A model generated the notes under the pieces. It did not search any database. It was given only the letters and a program-made list of their open reading frames with translations, and was not told the origin of the DNA. A DNA stretch of 64,000 nt from a virus (taxonomy: Duplodnaviria > Heunggongvirae > Uroviricota > Caudoviricetes), in the IMG/VR virus record IMGVR_UViG_2690316068_000002; one strand, given 5' to 3'. Both the position numbers and the translations under genes were made by a program. Of the stretch, positions 29,082-38,510 are shown one piece after another. How positions within the stretch are numbered: position 1 is the stretch's first letter; each line of letters opens with the position of its first letter.

Positions 29082-30311
29082 TCAAACATCCCCGTTCTTA
29101 ATCCACTGCCTGACTTGCTCGTCTTGTGCGACTTCTTTCTCATGTTTGGCAATATACAAGTCTGGCAATAGGGGTGGAGCGAATTCAGGCTCTGTCGCAC
29201 GCCACTTTTCATATGCGTCACGCATGGATTTCTCAACATTCCAATGCTCCAACTCTTGGTATTCAATCGGCCAGTTATCCTGCAATCTCTTCACTGCATT
29301 AGCCAGGTCGTATCGGAAGTAAGGATTAAGACCAATGAAATTACCAGCCAGCATGTCATCAACCTCCTTCACTCTGGCAATCTTAGAAAACTTACCAATA
29401 GCAATGTTGAGGTCCCAATCTGACACGAACAACAAAAGTGCTGCAAATGCCAGAAACTTAGCTTCCCCGTATGCTCTGTCGCTAACCGTTTTTGTCTGAA
29501 ACTCAATGTAATTGCCCATCACAAAACTAGTAAGCTTATAGGTCTTACTTATCTCGTCCTCCAAATGCGATGGATCGAGAATTGTGCGGTCACGATTATT
29601 GTTTATGTGTTCTAAGATTACAGCAATGTCTCTATGTGAGACTGAAATTTCACGCAATTGCTGGAGAGTCTTGATGTGAACTCTTAGCACCTCTTTGTCA
29701 ATCGCACGCTTCCAAGAAAAACCAGGCACAGTAACCTGAATGGGCGCGAAAGGTAGAATATCAGGAGTTGTCCATGCTAGATATGCATCACGTAACCCAC
29801 TAATATAATAAAGCCAGTCTAAATGCTCGCTTTCTAACCATATTTCAAATGTGGAATCCTTTCGCTTATTGAAGAACCATTCCCTCATCTGCCACATTTT
29901 TTCTTGAGTAAATATCCCTTCCTGTATGCCGGCACAGACCAGCTTTCGTATTACCTGCGAATACTTTGTTCGATCTTTTGTGAATGAGACAAGGTGCTGC
30001 TTCACCTCAGATGTTAGTCTATCTCCATAGAAATCACATGATGGATGATGGCCTTGACCATCTTCACCGGTAAATCTGAAATGCGCCTTCTTGTGATAGC
30101 CACCATTCCTAGTGGCTCTAACGAACGAACCACCTCCAACTTTGCAAATGGGGCAGATGATATCGTCACGGGCAATAGCATGAACCGAGCTGTCATCTAA
30201 ATTCTTTAGCGCCAAGTACTGCTCAGGATCGACTTCTTTTTGTAACGATTTTGAAAAAGCGGTATCAGTCATTCCAAGCTCCGAGCAAGGGGTTATTTGT
30301 TCAATTATCAT
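29082..30311 (-). CDS. Hypothetical protein with N-terminal Cys/His zinc-ribbon-like motif
   Basis: 409 aa; CPICK...(28 aa)...HHPSCDF cluster near N-terminus; no other recognisable domain. Confidence 0.55.
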   Translation of the reverse strand: MIIEQITPCSELGMTDTAFSKSLQKEVDPEQYLALKNLDDSSVHAIARDDIICPICKVGGGSFVRATRNGGYHKKAHFRFTGEDGQGHHPSCDFYGDRLTSEVKQHLVSFTKDRTKYSQVIRKLVCAGIQEGIFTQEKMWQMREWFFNKRKDSTFEIWLESEHLDWLYYISGLRDAYLAWTTPDILPFAPIQVTVPGFSWKRAIDKEVLRVHIKTLQQLREISVSHRDIAVILEHINNNRDRTILDPSHLEDEISKTYKLTSFVMGNYIEFQTKTVSDRAYGEAKFLAFAALLLFVSDWDLNIAIGKFSKIARVKEVDDMLAGNFIGLNPYFRYDLANAVKRLQDNWPIEYQELEHWNVEKSMRDAYEKWRATEPEFAPPLLPDLYIAKHEKEVAQDEQVRQWIKNGDV

Positions 30312-30442
30312 TCGGAATTATTTACTGTCTCGCCCAGTTTCACGTCATTTTATTCCCTAGTCTAGCTTTTCTAGGGTATACAGCTTATTACAAGCTCCTC
30401 ATTATTAACTGTTTCCGTAACTCATTGATCCGCTTATACACT

Positions 30443-30751
30443 CTACCAACACCAGCACTCAAGCCCTTCAACGATCGGCGCACCACAATCAAAATGTACA
30501 GAGTCAAAGCCTACATCAAGTACTTTCTGAATGTTAGCAATCGCGCCTTCGGATATACCATATCGACGCAAGTTGTCTTTCCAGACATCATCCTGTAACC
30601 CGGCGTGGACAATACAACCGCCGTCAATTTGTGAAACCCAATCCAGCTCATTGCTTGCGATCATGAACCGGCGAGCATCTTCCTCTGATGTATGAGATGA
30701 ACTGATCAATGCCACCTGGTAGGCTTGGGTAATGTTCAACATTTCAACCAC
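30443..30751 (-). CDS. Hypothetical protein
   Basis: 102 aa ORF; motif-1 copies in both orientations immediately upstream (30754-30825). Confidence 0.5.
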   Translation of the reverse strand: MVEMLNITQAYQVALISSSHTSEEDARRFMIASNELDWVSQIDGGCIVHAGLQDDVWKDNLRRYGISEGAIANIQKVLDVGFDSVHFDCGAPIVEGLECWCW

Positions 30752-30903
30752 TCCGAAACAATTTGTTTTCTTATGTGGCTTATTATCTCAATCAACAAAA
30801 GGTAGAAAACAAATTATTTTAGGGCTTGTGTAAATCAGGAGGGATTGTGTCTATATGAAAATGCCCAGCGTGTTGCCGGGCATTGTGAAGAATGGTTGTT
30901 TAG

Positions 30904-32937
30904 TTACTTAACTTGGTGGCCTGGTTTAGCACCAGCATCCGGGCTTAACAGGAAGATATCTTTTCCGCCAGGGCCAGCAGCCATCACCATGCCTTCAGAG
31001 ATACCGAAGCGCATTTTACGCGGAGCCAGGTTAGCCACCATAATTGTGTGACGACCAATCAGTGCCTGTGGGTCTGGATAAGCAGAACGGATGCCTGAGA
31101 AGACATTACGCTTTTCACCACCGAGATCCAGTGTCAGGCGCAACAGTTTGTCAGAACCTTCAACAAACTCCGCGTTTTCAATCAGCGCCACACGCAGGTC
31201 AACTTTGGCGAAGTCGTCAAAGGTGATGGTTTCCTGAATCGGGTCGTCAGCCAGTGGGCCAGTTACCGGTGCGGCTGTGGCTTTCACTTCTTCTTTGGAT
31301 GCTTCCACCAGTGCTTCCACCTGTTTCATATCGATACGGTTATACAGTGCCTTGAACGGATTCACTTTATGGCCCAGCAGCGGTTGCTGGATACCATCCC
31401 AGGTCAGTTCTGTATTCAGGAATGCTTCTGCACGTTCAGTCAGTTTCGGCAGTACCGGTTTCAGGTACGTCATCAGCACGCGGAACAGGTTAATGCCCAT
31501 AGAGCAAATCGCCTGCAGATCGGCATCGCGCCCTTCCTGCTTCGCCACCACCCACGGAGCCTGTTCATCGACATAGCGGTTAGCCAGGTCAGCCAATGCC
31601 ATGATTTCACGGATAGCTTTACCAAATTCGCGGCTTTCCCATGCTTCGCCAATCACTTCAGCGGCATCAGTAAAGGTTTTGTACAGTTGCGGGTCAGCCA
31701 GTTCGCTTGCCAGCACGCCGTCAAAACGCTTGTTGATAAAGCCTGCATTACGGGAGGCCAGGTTAACCACTTTGTTCACGATATCGGCATTCACGCGCTG
31801 AACGAAATCCTCCAGGTTGAGATCGATATCATCAATGCGCGAAGAGAGTTTCGCAGTGTAGTAGTAACGCAGGCTGTCGGCGTCAAAATGATTCAGCCAG
31901 GTGCTGGCTTTAATAAAGGTGCCGCGAGACTTGGACATCTTCGCGCCGTTCACCGTCACATAGCCATGAACAAACAGGTTGGTCGGCTTGCGGAAGTTGC
32001 TGCCTTCCAGCATGGCAGGCCAGAACAGGCTGTGGAAGTAAACAATATCTTTACCGATGAAGTGGTACAGCTCGGCGGTGGAGTCTTTCTTCCAGTATTC
32101 ATCGAAGCTGGTGGTATCGCCGCGCTTGTCGCACAGATTCTTGAAGGAACCCATGTAGCCAATCGGCGCGTCCAGCCAGACGTAGAAATATTTGCCCGGC
32201 GCGTTCGGAATTTCAAAACCGAAGTAAGGCGCATCTCGGGAGATATCCCACTGTTGCAGGCCGGATTCAAACCATTCCTGCATTTTGTTCGCCACCTGCT
32301 CCTGCAACGCGCCGCTGCGGGTCCATGCCTGCAACATTTCGCTGAAAGAAGGCAGATCAAAGAAGAAGTGTTCGGAATCACGCATTACCGGGGTAGCGCC
32401 AGAAACCACCGATTTCGGCTCGATCAATTCAGTCGGGCTATATGTTGCGCCGCAGACTTCACAGTTATCGCCGTATTGATCTGGCGCTTTACATTTCGGG
32501 CAGGTGCCTTTTACAAAACGATCCGGCAGGAACATGCCTTTTTCCGGGTCGTACAACTGAGAGATAGTGCGGTTTTTAATAAAACCGTTCTCTTTCAGGC
32601 GAGTATAGATAAGCTCAGACAACTGACGGTTCTCTTCGCTGTGCGTCGAGTGATAGTTGTCATAGCTGATGTTAAAGCCTGCGAAATCAGTCTGGTGTTC
32701 CTGACTCATTTCGCCAATCATCTGCTCCGGTGTGATACCAAGCTGCTGTGCTTTCAGCATGATCGGCGTACCGTGGGCATCGTCGGCACAGATGAAATTA
32801 ACCTCGTGGCCGCGCATTCGCTGGTAACGAACCCAGACATCAGCCTGGATGTGCTCCAGCATATGGCCGAGGTGGATTGAGCCGTTAGCGTACGGCAGCG
32901 CGCACGTCACCAGAATTTTCTTCGCGACTTGGGTCAT
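30904..32937 (-). CDS. metG: Methionyl-tRNA synthetase
   Basis: 677-aa product from [29 protein letters not shown] (HIGH motif), KMSKS motif, C-terminal tRNA-binding domain; near-identical to enterobacterial MetG from memory. ORF-track upstream extension (to 33066) rejected. Confidence 0.95.
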   Translation of the reverse strand: MTQVAKKILVTCALPYANGSIHLGHMLEHIQADVWVRYQRMRGHEVNFICADDAHGTPIMLKAQQLGITPEQMIGEMSQEHQTDFAGFNISYDNYHSTHSEENRQLSELIYTRLKENGFIKNRTISQLYDPEKGMFLPDRFVKGTCPKCKAPDQYGDNCEVCGATYSPTELIEPKSVVSGATPVMRDSEHFFFDLPSFSEMLQAWTRSGALQEQVANKMQEWFESGLQQWDISRDAPYFGFEIPNAPGKYFYVWLDAPIGYMGSFKNLCDKRGDTTSFDEYWKKDSTAELYHFIGKDIVYFHSLFWPAMLEGSNFRKPTNLFVHGYVTVNGAKMSKSRGTFIKASTWLNHFDADSLRYYYTAKLSSRIDDIDLNLEDFVQRVNADIVNKVVNLASRNAGFINKRFDGVLASELADPQLYKTFTDAAEVIGEAWESREFGKAIREIMALADLANRYVDEQAPWVVAKQEGRDADLQAICSMGINLFRVLMTYLKPVLPKLTERAEAFLNTELTWDGIQQPLLGHKVNPFKALYNRIDMKQVEALVEASKEEVKATAAPVTGPLADDPIQETITFDDFAKVDLRVALIENAEFVEGSDKLLRLTLDLGGEKRNVFSGIRSAYPDPQALIGRHTIMVANLAPRKMRFGISEGMVMAAGPGGKDIFLLSPDAGAKPGHQVK

Positions 32938-33094
32938 AGTAGGCATTACTTCTTTGTAGTGAAAAGGGGCTTGATAGTAACAAAATGGCCTTATGTCTGC
33001 CATGTGATAACAGCATTTCTCATAAATGATTAAATGTCGTAGCTGGAGTACACTACAAGGCGACAATTGCGCAAATTAAAATAAAGGAGACGGG

Positions 33095-34195
33095 ATGAGC
33101 GAGTCCAAATCGCCGGATGCCCTGAGAGCAATGGTAGCCGGTACGCTGGCTAATTTTCAGCACCCAACCCTGAAACACAACCTGACTACGCTTAAAGCGT
33201 TACACCATGTTGCGTTGATGGATGACACACTGCATGTCGAACTAATCATGCCTTTCGTGTGGAATAAGCCTTTTGAAGACCTGAAAGAGCAATGTAATGG
33301 TGATCTGCTCCGTATCACTGGCGCAAAGGCTATTGACTGGAAGCTGTCGTACAACATTGCCACGCTTAAGCGCGTCAAAAACCAACCAGGTATTAATGGC
33401 GTTAAGAACATTATCGCCGTCAGCTCAGGCAAGGGCGGCGTGGGTAAATCCTCCACGGCGGTAAACCTGGCACTGGCGTTGGCTGCTGAAGGTGCGAAAG
33501 TTGGTATTTTGGATGCCGATATCTATGGTCCATCAATTCCAACCATGCTGGGCGCGGAAAACCAACGTCCAACCTCACCTGACGGTACTCACATGGCACC
33601 TATCATGTCTCATGGCCTGGCAACCAACTCTATTGGTTATCTGGTCACCGACGACAATGCAATGGTGTGGCGTGGACCGATGGCCAGCAAGGCGCTGATG
33701 CAGATGTTGCAGGAAACTCTATGGCCTGATCTGGACTATCTCGTTCTCGATATGCCGCCGGGCACTGGTGATATTCAGTTGACGCTGGCGCAGAACATTC
33801 CTGTAACTGGTGCGGTTGTGGTAACTACGCCGCAAGACATCGCGCTGATCGATGCGAAGAAAGGCATTGTGATGTTCGAAAAAGTCGAAGTGCCGGTACT
33901 GGGTATCGTCGAAAACATGAGTGTGCATATTTGCAGTAACTGCGGTCATCACGAGCCAATTTTTGGCACCGGTGGCGCACAGAAACTGGCCGAGAAATAC
34001 AACACGCAGTTGTTAGGCCAAATGCCACTTCATATCTCTCTTCGTGAAGATCTGGATAACGGAACACCAACCGTTATTAGTCGTCCAGATAGCGAATTTA
34101 CGGCTATTTATCGTGACCTCGCAGATCGCGTTGCTGCCCAAATGTATTGGCAAGGTGAAGTAATACCTGGCGAAATCGCATTCCGCGCAGTGTGA
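33095..34195 (+). CDS. apbC: Fe-S cluster carrier ATPase ApbC/Mrp
   Basis: 366 aa; P-loop SSGKGGVGKSS, CxxC motif (CSNCGHH), divergent from metG as in enterobacterial chromosomes. Confidence 0.9.
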   Translation: MSESKSPDALRAMVAGTLANFQHPTLKHNLTTLKALHHVALMDDTLHVELIMPFVWNKPFEDLKEQCNGDLLRITGAKAIDWKLSYNIATLKRVKNQPGINGVKNIIAVSSGKGGVGKSSTAVNLALALAAEGAKVGILDADIYGPSIPTMLGAENQRPTSPDGTHMAPIMSHGLATNSIGYLVTDDNAMVWRGPMASKALMQMLQETLWPDLDYLVLDMPPGTGDIQLTLAQNIPVTGAVVVTTPQDIALIDAKKGIVMFEKVEVPVLGIVENMSVHICSNCGHHEPIFGTGGAQKLAEKYNTQLLGQMPLHISLREDLDNGTPTVISRPDSEFTAIYRDLADRVAAQMYWQGEVIPGEIAFRAV

Positions 34196-34232
34196 TAAAA
34201 AGGCGGTGCATTGCACCGCCTAATCAGTTCTC

Positions 34233-34622
34233 CTACATCACGGGACAATCATCAAACTCGCCACTTCTTGCGTCGTTGATAATGTGAGTGATCACACCAA
34301 ACACGGCATTGCTGCCCGTGCATCCATCGTCATCCTTTGGCAATGCTTCCTTCTTACCGGTTCTTAAATCCTCCAGATGCTGACGTGGATACTTCCGGTA
34401 TCTTTTTACGCGATATTCCCCATCCAGAGCGCATACAAGCAGAGAACCATCAACCGGGGTAAGTGAGGAATCGACCACCAGCAATGCACCCTGTAATATT
34501 CCCTCACGATGATGACTATCAGCTGCCCTCATGAAGTAGGTCGCTGAAGGATGTCTAATTATCTGCTGATCAAGAGAAATACGGCTCTCAGCATAATCCG
34601 CCGCAGGAGAAGGGAAGCCCAT
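34233..34622 (-). CDS. UmuD'-like S24 peptidase-family protein (N-terminally short relative to UmuD)
   Basis: 129 aa; begins MGFPSPAADY, i.e. at the position equivalent to the RecA-facilitated Cys24-Gly25 cleavage site of UmuD; Ser (ADSH) and Lys (RVKRY) positions conserved; C-terminal insertion relative to UmuD. Confidence 0.7.
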   Translation of the reverse strand: MGFPSPAADYAESRISLDQQIIRHPSATYFMRAADSHHREGILQGALLVVDSSLTPVDGSLLVCALDGEYRVKRYRKYPRQHLEDLRTGKKEALPKDDDGCTGSNAVFGVITHIINDARSGEFDDCPVM

Positions 34623-34638
34623 AATACTCGCCTCTTAA

Positions 34639-34658
34639 TACTGTATATACATACAGTA
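34639..34658. promoter_or_regulatory. LexA (SOS) box
   Basis: taCTGTatatacatACAGta, a perfect CTGT-N8-ACAG palindrome, 17 bp upstream of the UmuD'-like start codon and its AAGAGG Shine-Dalgarno. Confidence 0.75.
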
Positions 34659-35284
34659 TATGTTGAAGCTATATATTTTTGAACTCTATCTCTTAAAAAA
34701 GATGTTAATAAGATGCTAACTATTGAAAGGCATAAATATATACAATTCCAACAAACGTTATTTTTAACAAATTTTTTCTCTCTGTTGACTTTTGCGAAAG
34801 CCTTGTCTGGCCTAAATTGCGCGGAAGCTACTTTTTCCTTCCTGAGTTATCCACAGAGTTATGCACTTGCATGCATAACCTATACACACTATCTTAATTC
34901 GCAAGACACTGATGTTGCGGTATTGAAGGTTCATTGGGTTAAAAATAGACATTAAAAAGCCCAGTTGACTAGGCTGGGCTTTTTAAAAGGAAACAGAGTT
35001 TGCGGCTCTGTTCCTGAGCCATAAGTATCTGGCGACTGAATTAAGATTAACCGAATGTACTGGATTCATCAAGAAACGTTGAGTGGTCATACCAGGTAAT
35101 AATGACCATTTACTAAACATCGTTGTTCTCAAAGAAGATTTAAGTCCAGGTTTTTGGTGACTCTAAAACCTTACCTTAACTCGAAATCGTGCCGTAAGTA
35201 TCTGGCGACTACAGATATTGCAACTGCAAAGGCAAGCCCAAAGGTATTTGCAGCTAGGCGCGATAAAACTAAGTGAGGCCTGTT

Positions 35285-35368
35285 ATGGTTAACTTACTGT
35301 TCAAAATCGTGCCGCCGATGTTCGCGATTATCAAAGCGATCATTGAGTACGTAAACCAGCGTCCATAA
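35285..35368 (+). CDS. Candidate 27-aa hydrophobic peptide (MVNLLFKIVPPMFAIIKAIIEYVNQRP)
   Basis: Short ORF followed by a hairpin (ggccccatcaagagcatggggcc); lies in an intergenic block with 16-bp perfect direct repeats (taagtatctggcgact at 35023 and 35205). Confidence 0.25.
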   Translation: MVNLLFKIVPPMFAIIKAIIEYVNQRP

Positions 35369-35423
35369 CGCTAGTTGCTACAGGCCCCATCAAGAGCATG
35401 GGGCCTCTTTATCGTACTATTGC

Positions 35424-36050
35424 TTATTTTTTACGGACTGAGTTGTTCACTGCTCTGGCAATCTTCTCCCGCAATTGCTGCGTTCCGTGGTACTGAACCG
35501 CAATATCTCTCAACTCGTTCACCAGTTCTCGAATCTGGTGATCTTTAAGCTCATTATTTGGGTGATTGGTAACAACTCTGGTTAATTCACCCTTGTCTTT
35601 TGCTCTTACGTATGCAGCTCTTGTGCATTCGACCCATGTATTACCGCCTACATTAACTTCGTAGATTAGGCTGGACTTATCTGTCAATTCGGAACAAATA
35701 CGGGCCGTGGTCTGGCAACTAGAGCATTCGCAGTTATCGCGGAAACCGTGATCTACCGGTCGAGAAAGAGGTTTAACTTTTTCATCCAACTTCATCACAG
35801 CATCGTGATAAGCGTTCCAGCCGTCATCTTTACCAAGTTGATAAATCTCTGAAGGCTCCATGTAGTCTATATCGCAACCTTCTTCATCCGATCTATCTGG
35901 TCGCTTCCCTGGTAATCGCTCATAAAAACAATTTCTGTCTCGACGTTCGGCTCTCAGTGCTAACGCAAGAAGTTGCTCAAGCGAGGTATTTGCACCAGCA
36001 ATAATTTCATTGAGAATATCTTCTGTGAGATCTTTCGCTACCGTGCTCAT
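35424..36050 (-). CDS. Hypothetical protein
   Basis: 208 aa ORF, Cys-containing, no recognisable motif. Confidence 0.5.
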   Translation of the reverse strand: MSTVAKDLTEDILNEIIAGANTSLEQLLALALRAERRDRNCFYERLPGKRPDRSDEEGCDIDYMEPSEIYQLGKDDGWNAYHDAVMKLDEKVKPLSRPVDHGFRDNCECSSCQTTARICSELTDKSSLIYEVNVGGNTWVECTRAAYVRAKDKGELTRVVTNHPNNELKDHQIRELVNELRDIAVQYHGTQQLREKIARAVNNSVRKK

Positions 36051-36430
36051 TTATCTCTCTCAGTATGTTGCGATGGCGTAAATTTGACGACATCAAATAT
36101 TTTGGATGGCATCAACTTTATCCGCGAGCTTAGTTCGGCTCTTCTCTGTAATGCGGTTAATAATGTTTTCGTTCTGACGCCTTCGTGTATCCTCATCCCT
36201 GGCACAAGAACTACATCGCAGGGGAGATGCTCAGGTGACAAATCATTTTGGGCATCGCTAATCAGTCGTGTAATCTCTCTTTCAAGCCGACCGCCTAGCT
36301 CTGTTTTAGTGCAATGTTCTGACCAATCGCCAGCCTCAAGCAGCGCGAGAATGCTTAAAATATCGTCCAATAGATCAGTGGTATTATCGACTTCCTTCTG
36401 AAACTCACCGGCTACTGATTTATGCATCAT
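36047..36430 (-). CDS. Hypothetical protein
   Basis: 127 aa ORF with overlapping start/stop with neighbours. Confidence 0.45.
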   Translation of the reverse strand: MMHKSVAGEFQKEVDNTTDLLDDILSILALLEAGDWSEHCTKTELGGRLEREITRLISDAQNDLSPEHLPCDVVLVPGMRIHEGVRTKTLLTALQRRAELSSRIKLMPSKIFDVVKFTPSQHTERDK

Positions 36431-37080
36431 TCGTCATCCTCATCCGAGTCATCCTCATCAAAGGATGAGAGTAGTGGGTTAGTCATTCGCCCTACTTGAG
36501 TGGCGTAGCCACGCCGACAGAGATTGCGCAGCACACTGTATATTTCGAACATCTCGGTTCGTTCATCGCCAACATCAAGCTCAGATGCTATAGCGTGGCA
36601 TTCAGTCGCGAGAGCCGATATTTTCTGAAATAACTCTGCATTATTCACTGTTCGACTCCTGCGGCGTTCTGGTAGTGGCATCCAGTGTGTGACATTGCTA
36701 ATCAGACCATATTCATTAGTTTGAGGATGGTTGCCGTTATCGTCTCCGTATTTAAGACTCTCCATAAAGCCATAATGCCTATCACCATTAACGCTCACAA
36801 AGCCGTAATAAGCAGGTATAACGCCGATCTCACACGTAACCAGTAAAGGAAAACTAGTTCTCCAATTTAGCTCGCCAATTACAGGCATTCGCTCACTACA
36901 GCTTATCCAACCATCCTTAGATGCGGCTGTATTGGCATAGGCCTTACGGTGCTTCTGTAGCTCTGCTGCAATCGCTCTCACGACTTCAACTGGTGCCCTT
37001 GCAGCAAACTCAATGTTGGTGATCAGCTCATTAAGATATTTCTCGCTTGGGTAGCATTTCTTATTGTTAACGGTGGTCAT
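36427..37080 (-). CDS. Hypothetical protein, DUF551-like motif
   Basis: 217 aa; W..C.ERMP / HWMPLPE pattern typical of a phage domain of unknown function; acidic C-terminus. Confidence 0.45.
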   Translation of the reverse strand: MTTVNNKKCYPSEKYLNELITNIEFAARAPVEVVRAIAAELQKHRKAYANTAASKDGWISCSERMPVIGELNWRTSFPLLVTCEIGVIPAYYGFVSVNGDRHYGFMESLKYGDDNGNHPQTNEYGLISNVTHWMPLPERRRSRTVNNAELFQKISALATECHAIASELDVGDERTEMFEIYSVLRNLCRRGYATQVGRMTNPLLSSFDEDDSDEDDE

Positions 37081-37265
37081 TAGGCAGCTCTCTCAACAAC
37101 AAGCAATTCGTCGTAGTCATAATCAGTTTCGGAACCATCCGTACCGAACAGAGTCACTTTGTCATTTTCCATCCAAAAAGATTTAACCGCACATTGTTGA
37201 CCTTTAGATGTTATGAGCACATCACCAGGGATTACGTCTTCAGCGCGAACCTCTAGTGTTCTCAT
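37080..37265 (-). CDS. Hypothetical small protein
   Basis: 61 aa ORF tightly packed between neighbours. Confidence 0.35.
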   Translation of the reverse strand: MRTLEVRAEDVIPGDVLITSKGQQCAVKSFWMENDKVTLFGTDGSETDYDYDELLVVERAA

Positions 37266-37921
37266 CGTGCTGCCCCCTCTTTGGTGAAAATGCCTGCTGC
37301 AATGCTGTTTATGATGCTGTCAGTGCATGGAGTAGAAAGCTGGGCATCTCCAGCAATTTTCATGACCTCAACATCCGCATATCGAATACCGAGGTGTATC
37401 AGACCGGCTATACCTGACTTAAGTCGAACATTTTCCATAAACAGATCTTTTTCCCGCTGTTTAGCGGCTTCCAACTCCATCGACAATTTTTCCAACTGCT
37501 CTTTATGCTTCTTGTATTCCTGATACGCGTGCCAAGACTGACCTTTGCGCACACTATCAGCGATATCAGCAACCTGCTCTGGTGTTAGCGTGGTCAGTGG
37601 CTGTGATGGAAAAATCATCACTTGCCCGGCATCCCAATCAAAACCCGCCTGAATTGACTGAACCTCAACTGATGGTGTTGAACCGATGCGACCAGGCGAA
37701 TGAACAACGATCGTTACATCCATATCGCGACGATGGCTGTGGTTGTTGGACAAAATACGATTCACCAACTCAGAAAATTTGGATAATTTCATGCTGATCT
37801 CTCTTTCTCTCCCCGGATAATTCTGTTGCACACATCCACACACTCGTCGCAGATGAAAACGGCGTCCCCAGCAATTAACTTTTTGACGGCGTACTGGGAT
37901 TTGTTGCAGAAGCTGCAACAA
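37262..37921 (-). CDS. Hypothetical protein
   Basis: 219 aa ORF; C-terminal coiled-coil-like segment. Confidence 0.45.
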   Translation of the reverse strand: MLQLLQQIPVRRQKVNCWGRRFHLRRVCGCVQQNYPGREREISMKLSKFSELVNRILSNNHSHRRDMDVTIVVHSPGRIGSTPSVEVQSIQAGFDWDAGQVMIFPSQPLTTLTPEQVADIADSVRKGQSWHAYQEYKKHKEQLEKLSMELEAAKQREKDLFMENVRLKSGIAGLIHLGIRYADVEVMKIAGDAQLSTPCTDSIINSIAAGIFTKEGAAR

Positions 37922-38112
37922 AGTGTTCGCCTGACTGATAAGGATGGAGCGCCAGATGTCAGCCGCTCCATATCGTTCTTGCGACGCAATATCACACGGC
38001 TGAACTCAACCAGTTTCTCCGGGGATATCTCCTCCTCCGTAGCGAGCGTCTCTAGTCGTTCGAGTATGTTGAAGGCTTTTTCTTGGGTAATAGCAGAGTG
38101 CGATGTGGTCAT
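37789..38112 (-). CDS. Small protein with ClpX-type C4 zinc-binding domain
   Basis: C-terminal [38 protein letters not shown] closely parallels the ClpX N-terminal zinc-binding domain ([37 protein letters not shown]); no AAA+ module. Confidence 0.6.
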   Translation of the reverse strand: MTTSHSAITQEKAFNILERLETLATEEEISPEKLVEFSRVILRRKNDMERLTSGAPSLSVRRTLCCSFCNKSQYAVKKLIAGDAVFICDECVDVCNRIIRGEKERSA

Positions 38113-38510
38113 TTTCTTTCACCTTCAATGTTCGTGGCGCTGGCAAGATTGTCCTTGCGAAGAAGAGCGGCTATGCGCTTACTTCCATCCGAGATAACGC
38201 CCTCGTAATACTCACGCTGCTCGTTGAGTTTTGATTTTGCCAACTCCAGTTGTTTTGTTAGTTCCGCAATACGGCAAACATCGTTGATACGCGTTTCCTC
38301 TAATGCGTTGATCTCATCCAGTAGTGCCAGCACGGTTTCTGGTCCGGCCAGAAATTTGAAGGCGTTGAGGGCATCAATATCAACACCGCTATCTTTAAGT
38401 TCCTGTTCGCATATCAGATCATCATCAACTGGCAACATTAACAGGCGTTCCATTGCCGGAATTGCACGCTCTGCCGCCTCACGCAGTGCCTGATAGTCAA
38501 TCTTGCTCAC
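38109..38510 (-). CDS. Hypothetical protein
   Basis: 133 aa acidic ORF. Confidence 0.45.
   Translation of the reverse strand: MSKIDYQALREAAERAIPAMERLLMLPVDDDLICEQELKDSGVDIDALNAFKFLAGPETVLALLDEINALEETRINDVCRIAELTKQLELAKSKLNEQREYYEGVISDGSKRIAALLRKDNLASATNIEGERK

Noticed and set aside
31044-32880. Plus-strand ORFs antisense to metG, including a 503-aa ORF at 31369-32880
   Set aside because: metG is confidently identified on the minus strand; the long antisense ORF lacks any recognisable motif and is a known artefact type opposite highly expressed genes.
32938-33066. 43-codon N-terminal extension of metG in the ORF track
   Set aside because: The conserved MetG N-terminus ([20 protein letters not shown]) begins at the internal Met; the extension runs through the divergent metG/apbC promoter region.
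34713-34955. 80-aa plus-strand ORF in the AT-rich spacer after the UmuD'-like gene
   Set aside because: It sits in AT-rich intergenic sequence with promoter-like and DnaA-box-like elements, has a low-complexity translation and no ribosome-binding site.
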